Shown piece by piece: positions 1 through 9,494 of a DNA stretch of 29,056 nucleotides. How positions within the stretch are numbered: the first letter of the stretch is position 1; each line of letters starts with the position of its first letter. The DNA comes from a virus. Its lineage: Duplodnaviria; Caudoviricetes. The stretch lies in IMG/VR virus record IMGVR_UViG_3300012982_000004, positions 1-29,056 of that record. One strand, written 5' to 3'. The notes beneath the pieces are model-generated. The model ran no database searches. It saw only the letters and a list, made by a program, of their open reading frames with translations, and was not told where the DNA came from. The translations under genes were made by a program, and so were the position numbers.

Positions 1-1029
1 AAAAGGCGTTGCAGTGGTTATTGCGCCGTCAAGAACCGGTGAGCCGCCGTACATAAAAGAAAGCACGCCGCTGGTTCCAGCCTCTATTACAAGAGCGTCA
101 TTCGTACCGGAAGCATAATCGAGTTGATTAGCGACAGATGCATCGTGGTAGCAGTAGAAACAAATGAACGGATAACCTGCGCTTGAAAGTGCGCCAATGG
201 TAGATAGATATTGCGTATTCGCGTGGCCAAAAAAGTAACTATTCTCAGCGTCGGTCGCGCGGAAGGCTGCAGTACGTCCTCCAAATTGTGCCGTATTCGT
301 GAATGGACTAGAGATTGCCACGCTGCTCGCTCCGGTACTCCCACCTCTTGTGAGAGTCAAAGTGCTGGTCGGATTGGTGCCGTTGCCAAGAACATCCTGC
401 CACGTCCAGGAATCCGTGAAGGCTGCGGTGCCGTTCCAGTAGCTACCGCTCCATTCCACCGTTGCAGAGTTGTAGTTGGCGGTGGAAGTGGCTAAGGCTG
501 AACCAATAGATATTGACTCCATGGTACTCACCGTCGTCCCATTATCCGTAACGCTCGAATTGCCGAGCGTGTTCGCGGCGGTGTATTTCGGTATCGCGTT
601 GGCAGTGCCCGCCCCATCACTGCTCACCCCATTCACCGAGGCCGCGGATGCCGGAGAACTCTGTATCTTGACGGTCGCCGTTCCCGAGGTGTATGCCGAA
701 GCTCGCACCCGAATGTCATACGTCGCACTCACCGAACACCGGAACAGTCCGGTCGCCGTGGCCGAGGTCACTGAGGTACCAGAGGGCAGCGGGGCGCACG
801 TCAGGGCGTAATAATTCACACCATCATTCGATTGCTCGAACTGCACCGTCGCCACGAACGTCCCCGCCAGTGAGATGGTGGCCATCCCCGCGTTCGGAGG
901 CAGCACCAGATCCACGCAGCCCGCTCCGATGGAGCAATTCGTGGTGGCGGCGGTGATGTTTCCTGTGATTGCGCTCTGCCCCAGCGCTGAGGCCGTGAGC
1001 ATGACCATGATCACCAATATTCGTTTCAT
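1..1029 (-). CDS. Signal-peptide-bearing, Thr/Ser/Gly-rich putative virion fibre/decoration protein (runs off the left edge; absent from ORF track)
   Basis: ATG at 1029 overlaps the TGA of 1026..1262. Hand translation is open to position 1: MKRILVIMVMLTASALG|QSAITGNITAATTNCSIGAGCVDLVLPP...GTFVATVQFEQSNDGVNY...IRVRASAYTSGTATV. Beta-rich, located two genes after the coat. Confidence 0.75.
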   Translation of the reverse strand, partial: MKRILVIMVMLTASALGQSAITGNITAATTNCSIGAGCVDLVLPPNAGMATISLAGTFVATVQFEQSNDGVNYYALTCAPLPSGTSVTSATATGLFRCSVSATYDIRVRASAYTSGTATVKIQSSPASAASVNGVSSDGAGTANAIPKYTAANTLGNSSVTDNGTTVSTMESISIGSALATSTANYNSATVEWSGSYWNGTAAFTDSWTWQDVLGNGTNPTSTLTLTRGGSTGASSVAISSPFTNTAQFGGRTAAFRATDAENSYFFGHANTQYLSTIGALSSAGYPFICFYCYHDASVANQLDYASGTNDALVIEAGTSGVLSFMYGGSPVLDGAITTATPF

Positions 1030-1262
1030 TTCTTGCCTTTCTTCGGCGGCTCAGCCTCTTCTACCGCCTCCGTCTCTGGCGGCGCGGGTTTCAGCGCGTA
1101 ACCTTTCTTCAGCGCCTCTTCCAATTCATCCTGATTCTGGACGACCTTGTGCTGGTTTTTCGGGTGCTTGTATACCAAGGCGGGGAACTCCTGATGCTTG
1201 TACAGCTTCGGCGCACCATTCTCGTCCTTGCCGTAAGGAGCGTCTGGTTTATGCAGATCCAT
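1026..1262 (-). CDS. Small conserved phage head-region protein (78 aa)
   Basis: QEFPALVYKHP...VVQNQDELEEALKKGY...PPKKGKK resembles the small ORFs that follow P22-like coat genes; translationally coupled to the next gene. Confidence 0.7.
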   Translation of the reverse strand: MDLHKPDAPYGKDENGAPKLYKHQEFPALVYKHPKNQHKVVQNQDELEEALKKGYALKPAPPETEAVEEAEPPKKGKK

Positions 1263-1275
1263 CTTTCATCTCCGG

Positions 1276-1310
1276 AAAAAATCAGGGAGCGCACCCGAAG
1301 ATGCGCCCCC
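1276..1310 (-). terminator. Intrinsic terminator after the coat/decoration genes
   Basis: Minus strand GGGGGCGCATC-TTCG-GGTGCGCTCCC then TGATTTTTT (cUUCGg tetraloop). A T-run on the plus side suggests it may be bidirectional. Confidence 0.8.
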
Positions 1311-1336
1311 TTTTCTTGCCAACCCTCAGCGAAGGG

Positions 1337-2152
1337 TCAGTATTTCTCAACCGAGGCCGAGACATTTGCTGCGGTATCCGCAGTCGCCGTGACGAACTGG
1401 AACGTGATCACGTCCCCAGCCGCCACCGCCACCGAATCAGCCGCATCGTTGCAGGTCGTTCCTGCAGCCGCAATGGTGCATGTTAAGGCCGTCGAGGAAC
1501 CGTTCTTGAAAACGGTCAACACGTCCTTGCTTGCCCCACCAACAACTGCCGCCGAACTGAACACTCGCAGATTGGCGAGCGTTCCAGCCGTTGACATCAC
1601 CTGTCTTGCCGTGGCCGTGGTCGCTCCAGAACACGCTGCTCCATTCAGGAACTCCGTCTCTGCCGTTCCCACAGTCCCGGTACAGAACGAGCGGGCCGGA
1701 TAGCCACCAGCCAAGCCAGTATCGCCTAGCATGATCCATTGACCGCTCGAGCGGCAGTCGAAGATCCGTGCCTTGGCGACATTGATGACGGGAAGCACCA
1801 CTTCTTTGCTCGACGTGCATGACCCGACTCGGTCATACGAGCTGAAGTAGTTGGACGGTCCCAGATAGACCGTGGCGCCGTTGGCATGAGTGGCTCCGCG
1901 TGTTCCGCCAGAGCCTCTTACCACCGTCGCAATGGTCCCTGAAAGCGCCCGCACATCCATCAACTCTCCGTCAATGAACAGCTGCGTGGTCCCGGCGGTC
2001 ACGCCGGTTGCAGAGGTCAGATTGATGATCTGACCGTTGGTTGTGGTGACCGCGCTCGAAAGCGTGGTCTGAGTGAGCGTGGCCTGCCCCAAGCCAAAAG
2101 CCGAGAGCAAAAGAACCACGCCCAGCAATCTGCTGATGCGATTCATGTTCAT
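1337..2152 (-). CDS. Putative capsid decoration/cement protein with N-terminal signal peptide
   Basis: Directly downstream of the coat gene and before the terminator. MNRISRLLGVVLLLSAFGLG|QATLTQTTLSSAV...IDGELMDV...VVRGSGGTRGATHANGATV; six Cys. Confidence 0.7.
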   Translation of the reverse strand: MNMNRISRLLGVVLLLSAFGLGQATLTQTTLSSAVTTTNGQIINLTSATGVTAGTTQLFIDGELMDVRALSGTIATVVRGSGGTRGATHANGATVYLGPSNYFSSYDRVGSCTSSKEVVLPVINVAKARIFDCRSSGQWIMLGDTGLAGGYPARSFCTGTVGTAETEFLNGAACSGATTATARQVMSTAGTLANLRVFSSAAVVGGASKDVLTVFKNGSSTALTCTIAAAGTTCNDAADSVAVAAGDVITFQFVTATADTAANVSASVEKY

Positions 2153-2176
2153 GTTCCTTTCCGTGGCGTCTCAGGC

Positions 2177-3409
2177 TTATGCGCCTGCGAGTGCCACCGC
2201 TCCGTTGTCTTGGTAGAGGTTGCCGAACCCGATGCACATGTCGAAGCGGTTGGTCATCTTCGACTGGTTCTGGTCCCACGCCCTGACGAACCGAACCGCC
2301 ATACCCGTATCCGGGTCTTCGGTGTTCTCCGCCTTCTCGACCGCCTTCGGCACTTCCAGCTTGCCGCCCGCCTTAGCGAATGCAAACTTGGTCAGGCCCA
2401 GAGAGACCGTGCCGACCTTGCCGTTCGGGGTCGCCGTTCCAGGCCACAGGGTCAGAGCCGCGCCATTCGCCGGAAGCGAATCCACGTTCTGATACTGCGA
2501 ACCCGGTCCGTAGATCGCCGGCAGGATCTGGATGGTGTCGTTGCCGCCGGTCAGAGTGATGGCCTGCGTCACGGTGAAGTGCTGCGCCGAGACCGCACCC
2601 GCAACGCGCCGCGTCGATGGATTGACCGCGTTCACGTTGGCGATGGAGATCTTGTCGCCCTTATTCAGCGTGTCGCCGTTCGTTCCGGTCACGATCAGCG
2701 ATGCCCCTGACTGGTTCGCGCCGGTCACGGTCAGGGTGGCGGCGATGGTGCCGGCGGTGTGCGAATACAGCGAATTGCTGCGCCGCCACTCCCAGCCAGC
2801 CGCCGTCCCGATCACGCCCGTCTTGAACATCCGGGAGATCTCCGGGGCAGGATTGAACTGCGTCACGTTGGCCGCGACATAGTTCTGCATGAGCGAAGCG
2901 CTGAGGCAGAGGTACTTCGGTCCCTGCGGGCACGACTTCTCATACAGACGCCGTTCCGCCTGCGTGAATGGGGTGATGGTTGTCGCGTCGGTCCCCAGCG
3001 TGCCAAACACGTTTGAAACGTTCTGGTACGCCCACTGCGCCGCGCGGGAATCGGTCTCCTGGGCCAACTGCCGGGCAGCCGGTTCCAGGTAATTCTCCCG
3101 CAGCTCTTCTTCGGAGCGCTCCATCTTCGCCAGGCGCTCATAGCTGTCCCATTCGAAGTCAATCCCGAAGATCTGATCGAGGTTGACCGTGGTGGTCAGG
3201 CGATTGAATGCCTGCGGGCTGTAAGCCAGGCCGTCGCGGATGGTGAAGCGCTGCGGCAGCTTGATCTGCACTGAGGAACCGACGGCAAAGCTCTTGCCGA
3301 AATCGGATTCCCACTCGCTGTTGAAAGCGTCCGCCACCTCCAGTGCATTTTGGAGGATGCGGAGGATCTCCATCGAGACCCAACTTGTATTTACGAACTG
3401 GTTTGCCAC
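2177..3409 (-). CDS. Major capsid protein, P22 coat (gp5)-like
   Basis: 410 aa, MANQFVNTSWVSMEILRILQN...VGSSVQIKLPQRF...LNKGDKISIANVNAVNP...RFDMCIGFG; follows the scaffold gene. Confidence 0.9.
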   Translation of the reverse strand: MANQFVNTSWVSMEILRILQNALEVADAFNSEWESDFGKSFAVGSSVQIKLPQRFTIRDGLAYSPQAFNRLTTTVNLDQIFGIDFEWDSYERLAKMERSEEELRENYLEPAARQLAQETDSRAAQWAYQNVSNVFGTLGTDATTITPFTQAERRLYEKSCPQGPKYLCLSASLMQNYVAANVTQFNPAPEISRMFKTGVIGTAAGWEWRRSNSLYSHTAGTIAATLTVTGANQSGASLIVTGTNGDTLNKGDKISIANVNAVNPSTRRVAGAVSAQHFTVTQAITLTGGNDTIQILPAIYGPGSQYQNVDSLPANGAALTLWPGTATPNGKVGTVSLGLTKFAFAKAGGKLEVPKAVEKAENTEDPDTGMAVRFVRAWDQNQSKMTNRFDMCIGFGNLYQDNGAVALAGA

Positions 3410-3435
3410 TGTATAGCCCTTCCCGAGCTACAAGC

Positions 3436-4416
3436 TCATCGGCCTAATCGCCGCTTCATGTCCTCGCTGTCACGCTTGGCCTTGAAGTTGCGAAAATTGC
3501 CGTCTTTGGCAGCCGCAGCAGCCTCGTCCTCGGGGGTCGTCGCGCGTCCGCCGACTTCCGGGGCTGGCTTCGGAGCCCTGGTCACTTGTGGTGCAGGAAC
3601 GGCAACGGCTTGGGAGTTTCCAGAGAGTTTTTCTTCGAGCTTTACCAGTTCGCGGGCTTGTTTCACCGGAGGCAGCGCATTGATCCTCTCCAACTCCGCC
3701 CGGTTCGCCCCGAAGTAATACAGCATCTCCGGTCCGATCTCCGAGTCAGCGATGAAAAGGTCTGCGGGGGAGTCCTGCAGCAGAGGCAGGGTCTTGTCGT
3801 AGGCGAGTTCCTCGAAATCGGCGTGCTTCTTCTTCGCCTCTTCCACTCGCTTTGACCATGACTTCCTGAACTCTTCCGCGGCTTCCTTCGCCTTGGCCTC
3901 CTGCTCCGCCTTTTTCAAGGCTTCGCGCTCCGCCTTCATTGCCTGCTTCGCCTCTGCCTGGGCGATGTGCTTGGCTTCCGCCCGAATGATCTCCTCGAAT
4001 GAGGCATTCGGATGGTCGGCCATGTACTTCGCTTCGTCAAAGGGCTGGTAATCGTCGGCCTTGGCAGTTTCCTTCGCGGGCTCTGGCTTGCTCTCTGTCC
4101 GGGACTTGGACTCAAACTGTTCCTTGAGCCGTTTATTCTCCGCGATCAGTTCCTGAATCCGCTTTTCCGCTCCAGGGGCACGACGCTCTTCCCTGCCGTG
4201 TTGTTCCTGCGCTTCTTTGCCGGATTCCGCCTCCGGATGCTTTTCGGTGCTCGCCTCTTTCGGCGGGTCAGCAGGTGACGACTCCTGCGTCTTCGTCGGC
4301 TCGGGAAGTTTGCCCGTTTTACGCCACTCCGCCCGGCTCTCCGGGGTCAGTGACGCCAATACATTCTGCTGCGGTTCGGCGGCTGACGGTTCCGCCACTA
4401 CTACGTCATCTGGCAT
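3436..4416 (-). CDS. Capsid scaffolding protein
   Basis: Acidic, helical/coiled-coil, lies between portal and coat; GPEMLYYFGAN...ERIN.L.P..QARELVKLE...APKPAP motif typical of P22-like scaffolds. Confidence 0.8.
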   Translation of the reverse strand: MPDDVVVAEPSAAEPQQNVLASLTPESRAEWRKTGKLPEPTKTQESSPADPPKEASTEKHPEAESGKEAQEQHGREERRAPGAEKRIQELIAENKRLKEQFESKSRTESKPEPAKETAKADDYQPFDEAKYMADHPNASFEEIIRAEAKHIAQAEAKQAMKAEREALKKAEQEAKAKEAAEEFRKSWSKRVEEAKKKHADFEELAYDKTLPLLQDSPADLFIADSEIGPEMLYYFGANRAELERINALPPVKQARELVKLEEKLSGNSQAVAVPAPQVTRAPKPAPEVGGRATTPEDEAAAAAKDGNFRNFKAKRDSEDMKRRLGR

Positions 4417-4476
4417 CGTGGTCTCCGATGGTCTGTGCTGCGATTTGCGGGATGACGTTCCCGCGGACGGAAAAAC

Positions 4477-6597
4477 TTATTGCCCGGGCTGGGCTGTTTG
4501 CTGCGCGGCCTGTGTTTGGGCTGCCTGGGCTTGCATCGCCTGGGCGTTGTTCTGCTGGTCAGCCTGCAATCCGGCTTCATGCGCTGCGCCGTGGATCTCC
4601 GCCCATGTATCGGCTTCCATCTTCATGCGCGTTGCCAATTGCTGCGCCTTGGTCTGGATCTCGGCGATGGTGATCTGCGCCTCAATCTTCAACTGCTCCA
4701 GTTTCAGCTTGGCTTCGTTGTCCCATGCCTTTGCCTGCTTCTCCAGCTGCAACTGCTGAAGCTGCTGCTCCACCTGCTGAACGTAAGCGTGCATCTGCAT
4801 CAATTGCTGCTTGGCTTGAGCCATCTGCTGCGCCTGCATCTGCTGCGCGTCAGCCGGATCAATGGTCTCGATCATCTGGTCGCCTATCGGCCCAAGGTCT
4901 TTCAGCTTGATTGAAAGAGCCAGCAGTTTGGTCTTCACATCCGGAGCCAGTGGAAGGGTTGCCAGGTTCGACATCAGCGAATCCACGAATCCCGCTGCCT
5001 CCTCGCGCTGGCTCTGGAAGCTCGCTCCGGTCGAGATCGTCACCACATGCTCGCCCGTGGTCGTGTCCAGCGGCTCTTGATCTGGCTCCTCTGGCTGTGA
5101 GTTGATCTTCACGACCTTGTGCGTGTCATCCGCCTTGCGCACGCCGACTTCGCGCGCGGTGTCATAGATCGCCGGAATCAGGTCGTCAATCACCCGCCCC
5201 ATGTGCTGCATGAATCGGTCGTAATTGTCTATGAAGTGGAAATTTCCCTGTGAACTCTGCGTGTCCAGGGCCTTGACAGCCACCCCTGACTTCGCCGAGG
5301 TGTCATTCTTCCCGACTGACGAGTTGTACATCCCCATCGCTGACTGAATCGCCCGCTTCATCGAGTCACAGGCCAGTTCATACGATTGGAAATTCGGCGT
5401 GAACTGCGGGCGTGTCGGCGGACCCAGCGGCTCAGTGCTGCCCTCAACCATCGGCTTGTACTGGAGGAACGCCCGCGGCACCACCGCAGCGTCACGCCAC
5501 TCATCCTCGTGCCCTTCGAACTGTCCTTCGGCGCCCACCGCCGGCACCCGCGGCGTCATCGTCGCCTCTTCCGCCTGCTGCGACCTCAGGAAGCAGTACA
5601 TCTTATACGGGTCACGCGCCAGCCGCACCAGCGAGACCAGCACCCGCTTCGCTCCCGAGCCGTCGTCTATGTACATCTCCTTGCCGTAGCAGGGAATGAC
5701 AGGGATGTATCTACCAGCCCACTCGTTTTCTTCGAGTATTTCCAGACCGTTGGTGATGAACTGCGTCACTACACGCTTCTCGGCGGTCCTGGTCTTCAGG
5801 ATCGGCATCTTCATGCCGTCCTCCATCACCAGTTCATCGCCCTCGATCTTCGCGCCTTCATATTCATCCAGATAGGCGATCAGCCCCTCGGGGGACTTGT
5901 CATCGAGCAGCATCATCGTCCGCTCCTCAATGTCTACGCGCCAATATTCGGCGATGATGATCGAATCGCCCTTGATCCAGTCCGGGGCGACCTTCATGTC
6001 CTGCACATCGAACGACTTCTTCTTGGCCTTGGGATACTTCTTGGCGAAGTCGCTCTTCAGAACCACATCAATCACGAAACAGCCCATAGCATCGGAGCAA
6101 TCCGCTTCCTTGCAGTCCGGGTCCATCAGGACCGTGTCCGGGTTCGGGATGCGGGCTATCCGGATGACTTGATTGAAGCTCTTCTCTGACGCATATTGCG
6201 TCTTTACTCGCGCATAGCCGTAGCCGCGCTGTGCTCCCCCCTCAAATGCCGTGGTATAGGCCGTCTGCGCGTTCGATTCATACTCGATACCGCGGATGAG
6301 CTCCTGCCGGATCTCCGCCGTCTTGTCCGTCGCCCCATCGCCCTTCGGGTCCACCTTGATCGAGCGCTTGTTCATGCGCACATCGTTGATGAGTTGGTTA
6401 ACGTACTGATTCAACTCATCCAGTGCCACGCATGGCCGGTGCGTGTCCTCGCGCAACTTGCGCTCTGCTGGGTCCCACGGGTCCCCGGAGATGTACTTCA
6501 TGTCTTTCTGGCCTTCATCGCGGATAGGACGCCAGGCCTTGTTGTAATACTCGAATTTCTCCCGCACTTCGGTCAGCAAGGCTTCCTTGTCAGCCAT
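4477..6597 (-). CDS. Portal protein, P22-like
   Basis: 706 aa; D.KYISGDPW...RPC...IRGIEYES.A..AY...GYGY...ARDPYKMY...SGVAV; Q-rich C-terminal barrel coil. Confidence 0.9.
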   Translation of the reverse strand: MADKEALLTEVREKFEYYNKAWRPIRDEGQKDMKYISGDPWDPAERKLREDTHRPCVALDELNQYVNQLINDVRMNKRSIKVDPKGDGATDKTAEIRQELIRGIEYESNAQTAYTTAFEGGAQRGYGYARVKTQYASEKSFNQVIRIARIPNPDTVLMDPDCKEADCSDAMGCFVIDVVLKSDFAKKYPKAKKKSFDVQDMKVAPDWIKGDSIIIAEYWRVDIEERTMMLLDDKSPEGLIAYLDEYEGAKIEGDELVMEDGMKMPILKTRTAEKRVVTQFITNGLEILEENEWAGRYIPVIPCYGKEMYIDDGSGAKRVLVSLVRLARDPYKMYCFLRSQQAEEATMTPRVPAVGAEGQFEGHEDEWRDAAVVPRAFLQYKPMVEGSTEPLGPPTRPQFTPNFQSYELACDSMKRAIQSAMGMYNSSVGKNDTSAKSGVAVKALDTQSSQGNFHFIDNYDRFMQHMGRVIDDLIPAIYDTAREVGVRKADDTHKVVKINSQPEEPDQEPLDTTTGEHVVTISTGASFQSQREEAAGFVDSLMSNLATLPLAPDVKTKLLALSIKLKDLGPIGDQMIETIDPADAQQMQAQQMAQAKQQLMQMHAYVQQVEQQLQQLQLEKQAKAWDNEAKLKLEQLKIEAQITIAEIQTKAQQLATRMKMEADTWAEIHGAAHEAGLQADQQNNAQAMQAQAAQTQAAQQTAQPGQ

Positions 6598-6854
6598 CAG
6601 AAGTAACGTGACCTCTGCTGCTTCTTGGGTCGGCGATGGTCGTAATCGTGCGATTCACCCAGCATCCGGTTCGCCTTCTCCTTAATCTGCGCCGCGGCGG
6701 ATGGTGACAGGTTGCCGCGCTTCTCCTGCTGCGTCGCGCGAGCCTTGGCGTTGGCGGCATGGGCCCTATCCGGCATGGGATACTTCCGCTCGCCCGGCAG
6801 ACCAAACTCTGACTTGGACAGGGAATTGCGCTTCTTTGCGTCCAATTTGCTCAT
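6597..6854 (-). CDS. Small basic phage protein (DUF6582-like)
   Basis: KLDAKKRNSLSKSEFGLPGERKYPMPDRAHAANAKARA motif; coupled to the portal start. Confidence 0.7.
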   Translation of the reverse strand: MSKLDAKKRNSLSKSEFGLPGERKYPMPDRAHAANAKARATQQEKRGNLSPSAAAQIKEKANRMLGESHDYDHRRPKKQQRSRYF

Positions 6855-7138
6855 TGGATCAGTCCGTTCCCGCGCATCACCATGCGCTCAAATTCGAATT
6901 GGCCCTTATGCGCTAGCAGATACTCCGTCAGCGGCTTGGCCTGGAACCGCAGATACGGCTTCATGGATTCGTAGCACTCATTCCGCTTCTCCGGTGTCGC
7001 CGCCATGATGATCTCGCGGAACATCTCATGGTTTTGCACCACATAGGCCAGCTGGTGGATCAAGTCTTTGTCGTCAAGCTTGGCGAATCCCAGGCTCATC
7101 AGCTTGTTGTCAACCTTGCGCTTCTCGTCCTGATTCAT
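6851..7138 (-). CDS. Hypothetical phage protein
   Basis: ATGA-coupled at both ends within the late operon. Confidence 0.65.
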   Translation of the reverse strand: MNQDEKRKVDNKLMSLGFAKLDDKDLIHQLAYVVQNHEMFREIIMAATPEKRNECYESMKPYLRFQAKPLTEYLLAHKGQFEFERMVMRGNGLIQ

Positions 7139-7323
7139 AGGCACTTCGGGCAGGTAACCTGCAGCCCGTTCTTCCTCCAGCCACCTGCAATCGCCTGGGC
7201 TATCAGTTCAAACTTGTTTTTGCCAAAGAACTCCGCGAAACGCGTGCACTTCCGGCAGACCAGCTTCAGGACTTCTGGCTGCAGGTTGTTCGGCACATCT
7301 GCGCTATTCGTCTGCACCCTCAC
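7135..7323 (-). CDS. Small Zn-finger protein (start uncertain)
   Basis: CRKC...GWRK...CPKC. Confidence 0.6.
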   Translation of the reverse strand: MRVQTNSADVPNNLQPEVLKLVCRKCTRFAEFFGKNKFELIAQAIAGGWRKNGLQVTCPKCL

Positions 7324-7558
7324 CGCCCTTGATCTTCAGCGCGCCACGAATATGCGCCATCATCTTCGGCGCTTCCTTCTCGCCAAAGACGTGCATCTCT
7401 GGCTCGTGCGCGTACGACGTGAAGTGGTGCTCCACCGACGCGCCGCCGTTCTCCGCTGGCGTGATGCGTATGTGGTCAAGCACCTTCGGCGTCTTGGTCT
7501 TCGCCTGCGATGCTGCATTGACTTCCATCACTTCCGGAGCTGACATTCCTTTTGCCAT
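7304..7558 (-). CDS. Hypothetical phage protein
   Basis: MAKGMSAPEV...IRITPAENGGASVEHHF...HVF; AAGGA upstream; follows the TerL stop. Confidence 0.65.
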   Translation of the reverse strand: MAKGMSAPEVMEVNAASQAKTKTPKVLDHIRITPAENGGASVEHHFTSYAHEPEMHVFGEKEAPKMMAHIRGALKIKGGEGADE

Positions 7559-7569
7559 CTGTATTCCTT

Positions 7570-9006
7570 TCATGCCCATGCGCTTACGCGCGGGGTCGGC
7601 GGAATCTGCGGTTTCGGCTTCGGTTTCACCGTCACCGCAAACGTCATTGCCAGCGCATCACCCAAGTCAGGCGAAGCCATTCCTCTGGCCTTCATGTCTT
7701 CTTTCTTCTCAAGCTGTATCGCGTCGCTCTTGCTGGCGAATCCGTATTCGACCCCGGCAAGCTCCTCCGCCAGTTCCGCATCATCCGGAATCTCGGCGCC
7801 GGCCTTCAGCCAGTCGCGCATCATTCCCCAGACTTCAGCCCGGCGGTTGAAGTACATGTTTTTGTCCCGCGGCTCTCCGCCTCCGTGGAACTCGAATACT
7901 TTGTCCCTGAATCCCCGGTGCGTTAGGTGGTCAACCACTCCAGCGCCCAGCCCGTCGCCATCCACCACGACCGCGTCCGGCCTTTCCTTCTGGATGAATT
8001 CAATGGCACGCTCCGAAGTCTGAACGGTATCAAGCCCGCGATACTTTGCGAGAATCCTGGAGAATCTTCCTTGGCGGCTGACTATCACCGTCCGGTCATC
8101 GCCGAAGCGGGCTACGTCTATCGCCAGAATCTTTGGCATGTGCGCGTAAGATTCAGCCTTGTATTTGCGGCAAGCGGCTACATCATCCGAAGAGATGAAC
8201 TGATTGCTTCCTGCCCTGGGAAACTCACCCCGCACCCTTACTCGCACCCAGTCTGAGTCCTCGCCATAATCCGCAACCCACTTGGCAATCTGCTCTTTGT
8301 TCGTTCCCTCAACCGCGCGCGAGTCAATCTGAAACGTCTTCCAGCGGTGCCTGTACTTCCCAAAGCACTCACGAAACCGCCCCGTGTTCTTCGTGGGATT
8401 GCCGAAGACTACCCAGATGATCTCTGTGTCCTCGTCGGTCATCGCGCCTTCAGCGACTTCATACACCTTGTCGGCGATGGCCGAGCCTTCATCGAATACC
8501 AGCAGCACCCGCTTGCCCTGATTGTGCAGCCCGGCAAATGCTTCCGTGTTGTGCTCTGACCATGTGATGAAGTCAGCGCGCCACGTCGCCTGATATGCCG
8601 GGTCCGTGACCCTTATCGAAGTGGCGTTGATGTCCCACCAGTCCGCATTGATGGACTTGCGGAACCATTTGTGCACCTCGGGAACGGTCTTGGTCGCAAG
8701 CTGCGTTCCCGTGCCGGCGGTGATCACCACCTTGCACTCTTCGCAGGTGCTCATCGCCCAGTCAATCAGCATCCCAATCTCTGCTGATTTTCCGATTCCG
8801 TGCCCTGAACTCACCGCTATCAGGCACGGCTGATGTCGCGTTTTCGGGTCCTGCAGGTGCTTGCCTATCGCCCCCGCGACATCCTTCTGCCACTGCCGAA
8901 GGTCGCCGTTCTCCCAGTCATACGCATAACGCGCGAACCCCAGTGGGTCATGGGTGAATGATGCTATGTCGTCTATCAGCTGCGCCTGCAACTCAGCGTG
9001 ATTCAT
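7570..9006 (-). CDS. terL: Terminase large subunit
   Basis: Walker A SSGHGIGKS, Walker B LLVFDE, GNPT coupling motif, nuclease motifs IDVARFGDD and SPDLGDALAM. Confidence 0.95.
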   Translation of the reverse strand: MNHAELQAQLIDDIASFTHDPLGFARYAYDWENGDLRQWQKDVAGAIGKHLQDPKTRHQPCLIAVSSGHGIGKSAEIGMLIDWAMSTCEECKVVITAGTGTQLATKTVPEVHKWFRKSINADWWDINATSIRVTDPAYQATWRADFITWSEHNTEAFAGLHNQGKRVLLVFDEGSAIADKVYEVAEGAMTDEDTEIIWVVFGNPTKNTGRFRECFGKYRHRWKTFQIDSRAVEGTNKEQIAKWVADYGEDSDWVRVRVRGEFPRAGSNQFISSDDVAACRKYKAESYAHMPKILAIDVARFGDDRTVIVSRQGRFSRILAKYRGLDTVQTSERAIEFIQKERPDAVVVDGDGLGAGVVDHLTHRGFRDKVFEFHGGGEPRDKNMYFNRRAEVWGMMRDWLKAGAEIPDDAELAEELAGVEYGFASKSDAIQLEKKEDMKARGMASPDLGDALAMTFAVTVKPKPKPQIPPTPRVSAWA

Positions 9007-9364
9007 GCGCCTGCTTGCGCGCGCGGGCTATCCGGTCAACCAGGCTCACCGCGATCTCGCCGTCAACCTCAAGCGTCTGTGAAACCTTGCCCTCAACCCG
9101 CTCCGCCATCTCCTTGAGCTGCAGCTGCCCCACCATGCGCCCGGAAGTCAGCATCTTCACCACCGATGCCTGCACTTGCTCCATCACCGCCGGATCACCC
9201 AGTAGCTTTTCGTAAAGCTCGGTGATCGGCTTCTTCTTTGGGCGCCCTCCAGGATTGGGGCTTGGATCGCCCTTCTTCCACTTCATCGCTTCCATCTTTG
9301 GGGTCAGCTTTGAGCGCTTTCGCGGCGCGGGCGTGATGGCGGGCGTGTTTTCAGCCTTTGTCAT
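8993..9364 (-). CDS. terS: Terminase small subunit (DUF5681-like N-terminus)
   Basis: KWKKGDPSPNPGGRPKK motif, immediately upstream of and overlapping terL. Start moved to ATG 9364 because the longer ORF overlaps the tRNA. Confidence 0.8.
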   Translation of the reverse strand: MTKAENTPAITPAPRKRSKLTPKMEAMKWKKGDPSPNPGGRPKKKPITELYEKLLGDPAVMEQVQASVVKMLTSGRMVGQLQLKEMAERVEGKVSQTLEVDGEIAVSLVDRIARARKQAHESR

Positions 9365-9388
9365 TACCAAAAATCCCCGTGTGATGCT

Positions 9389-9464
9389 TGGAGCCACCGG
9401 CCAGAATCGAACTGACAACCCGCTGCTTACGAGGCAGCCGCTCTCCCATTTGAGCTACGGAGGC
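9389..9464 (-). tRNA. tRNA-Thr(CGT), 76 nt, CCA encoded
   Basis: GCCTCCGTAGCTCAAATGGGAGAGCGGCTGCCT-CGT-AAGCAGCGGGTTGTCAGTTCGATTCTGGCCGGTGGCTCCA; full cloverleaf with one U-U pair in the acceptor stem. Confidence 0.92.
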
Positions 9465-9494
9465 TTTGGTTGTGTTCGTATCTGGGTCCATTAC

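Noticed and set aside
9365-9418. N-terminal extension of terS given in the ORF track
   Set aside because: It overlaps the intact tRNA-Thr; ATG at 9364 is more plausible.
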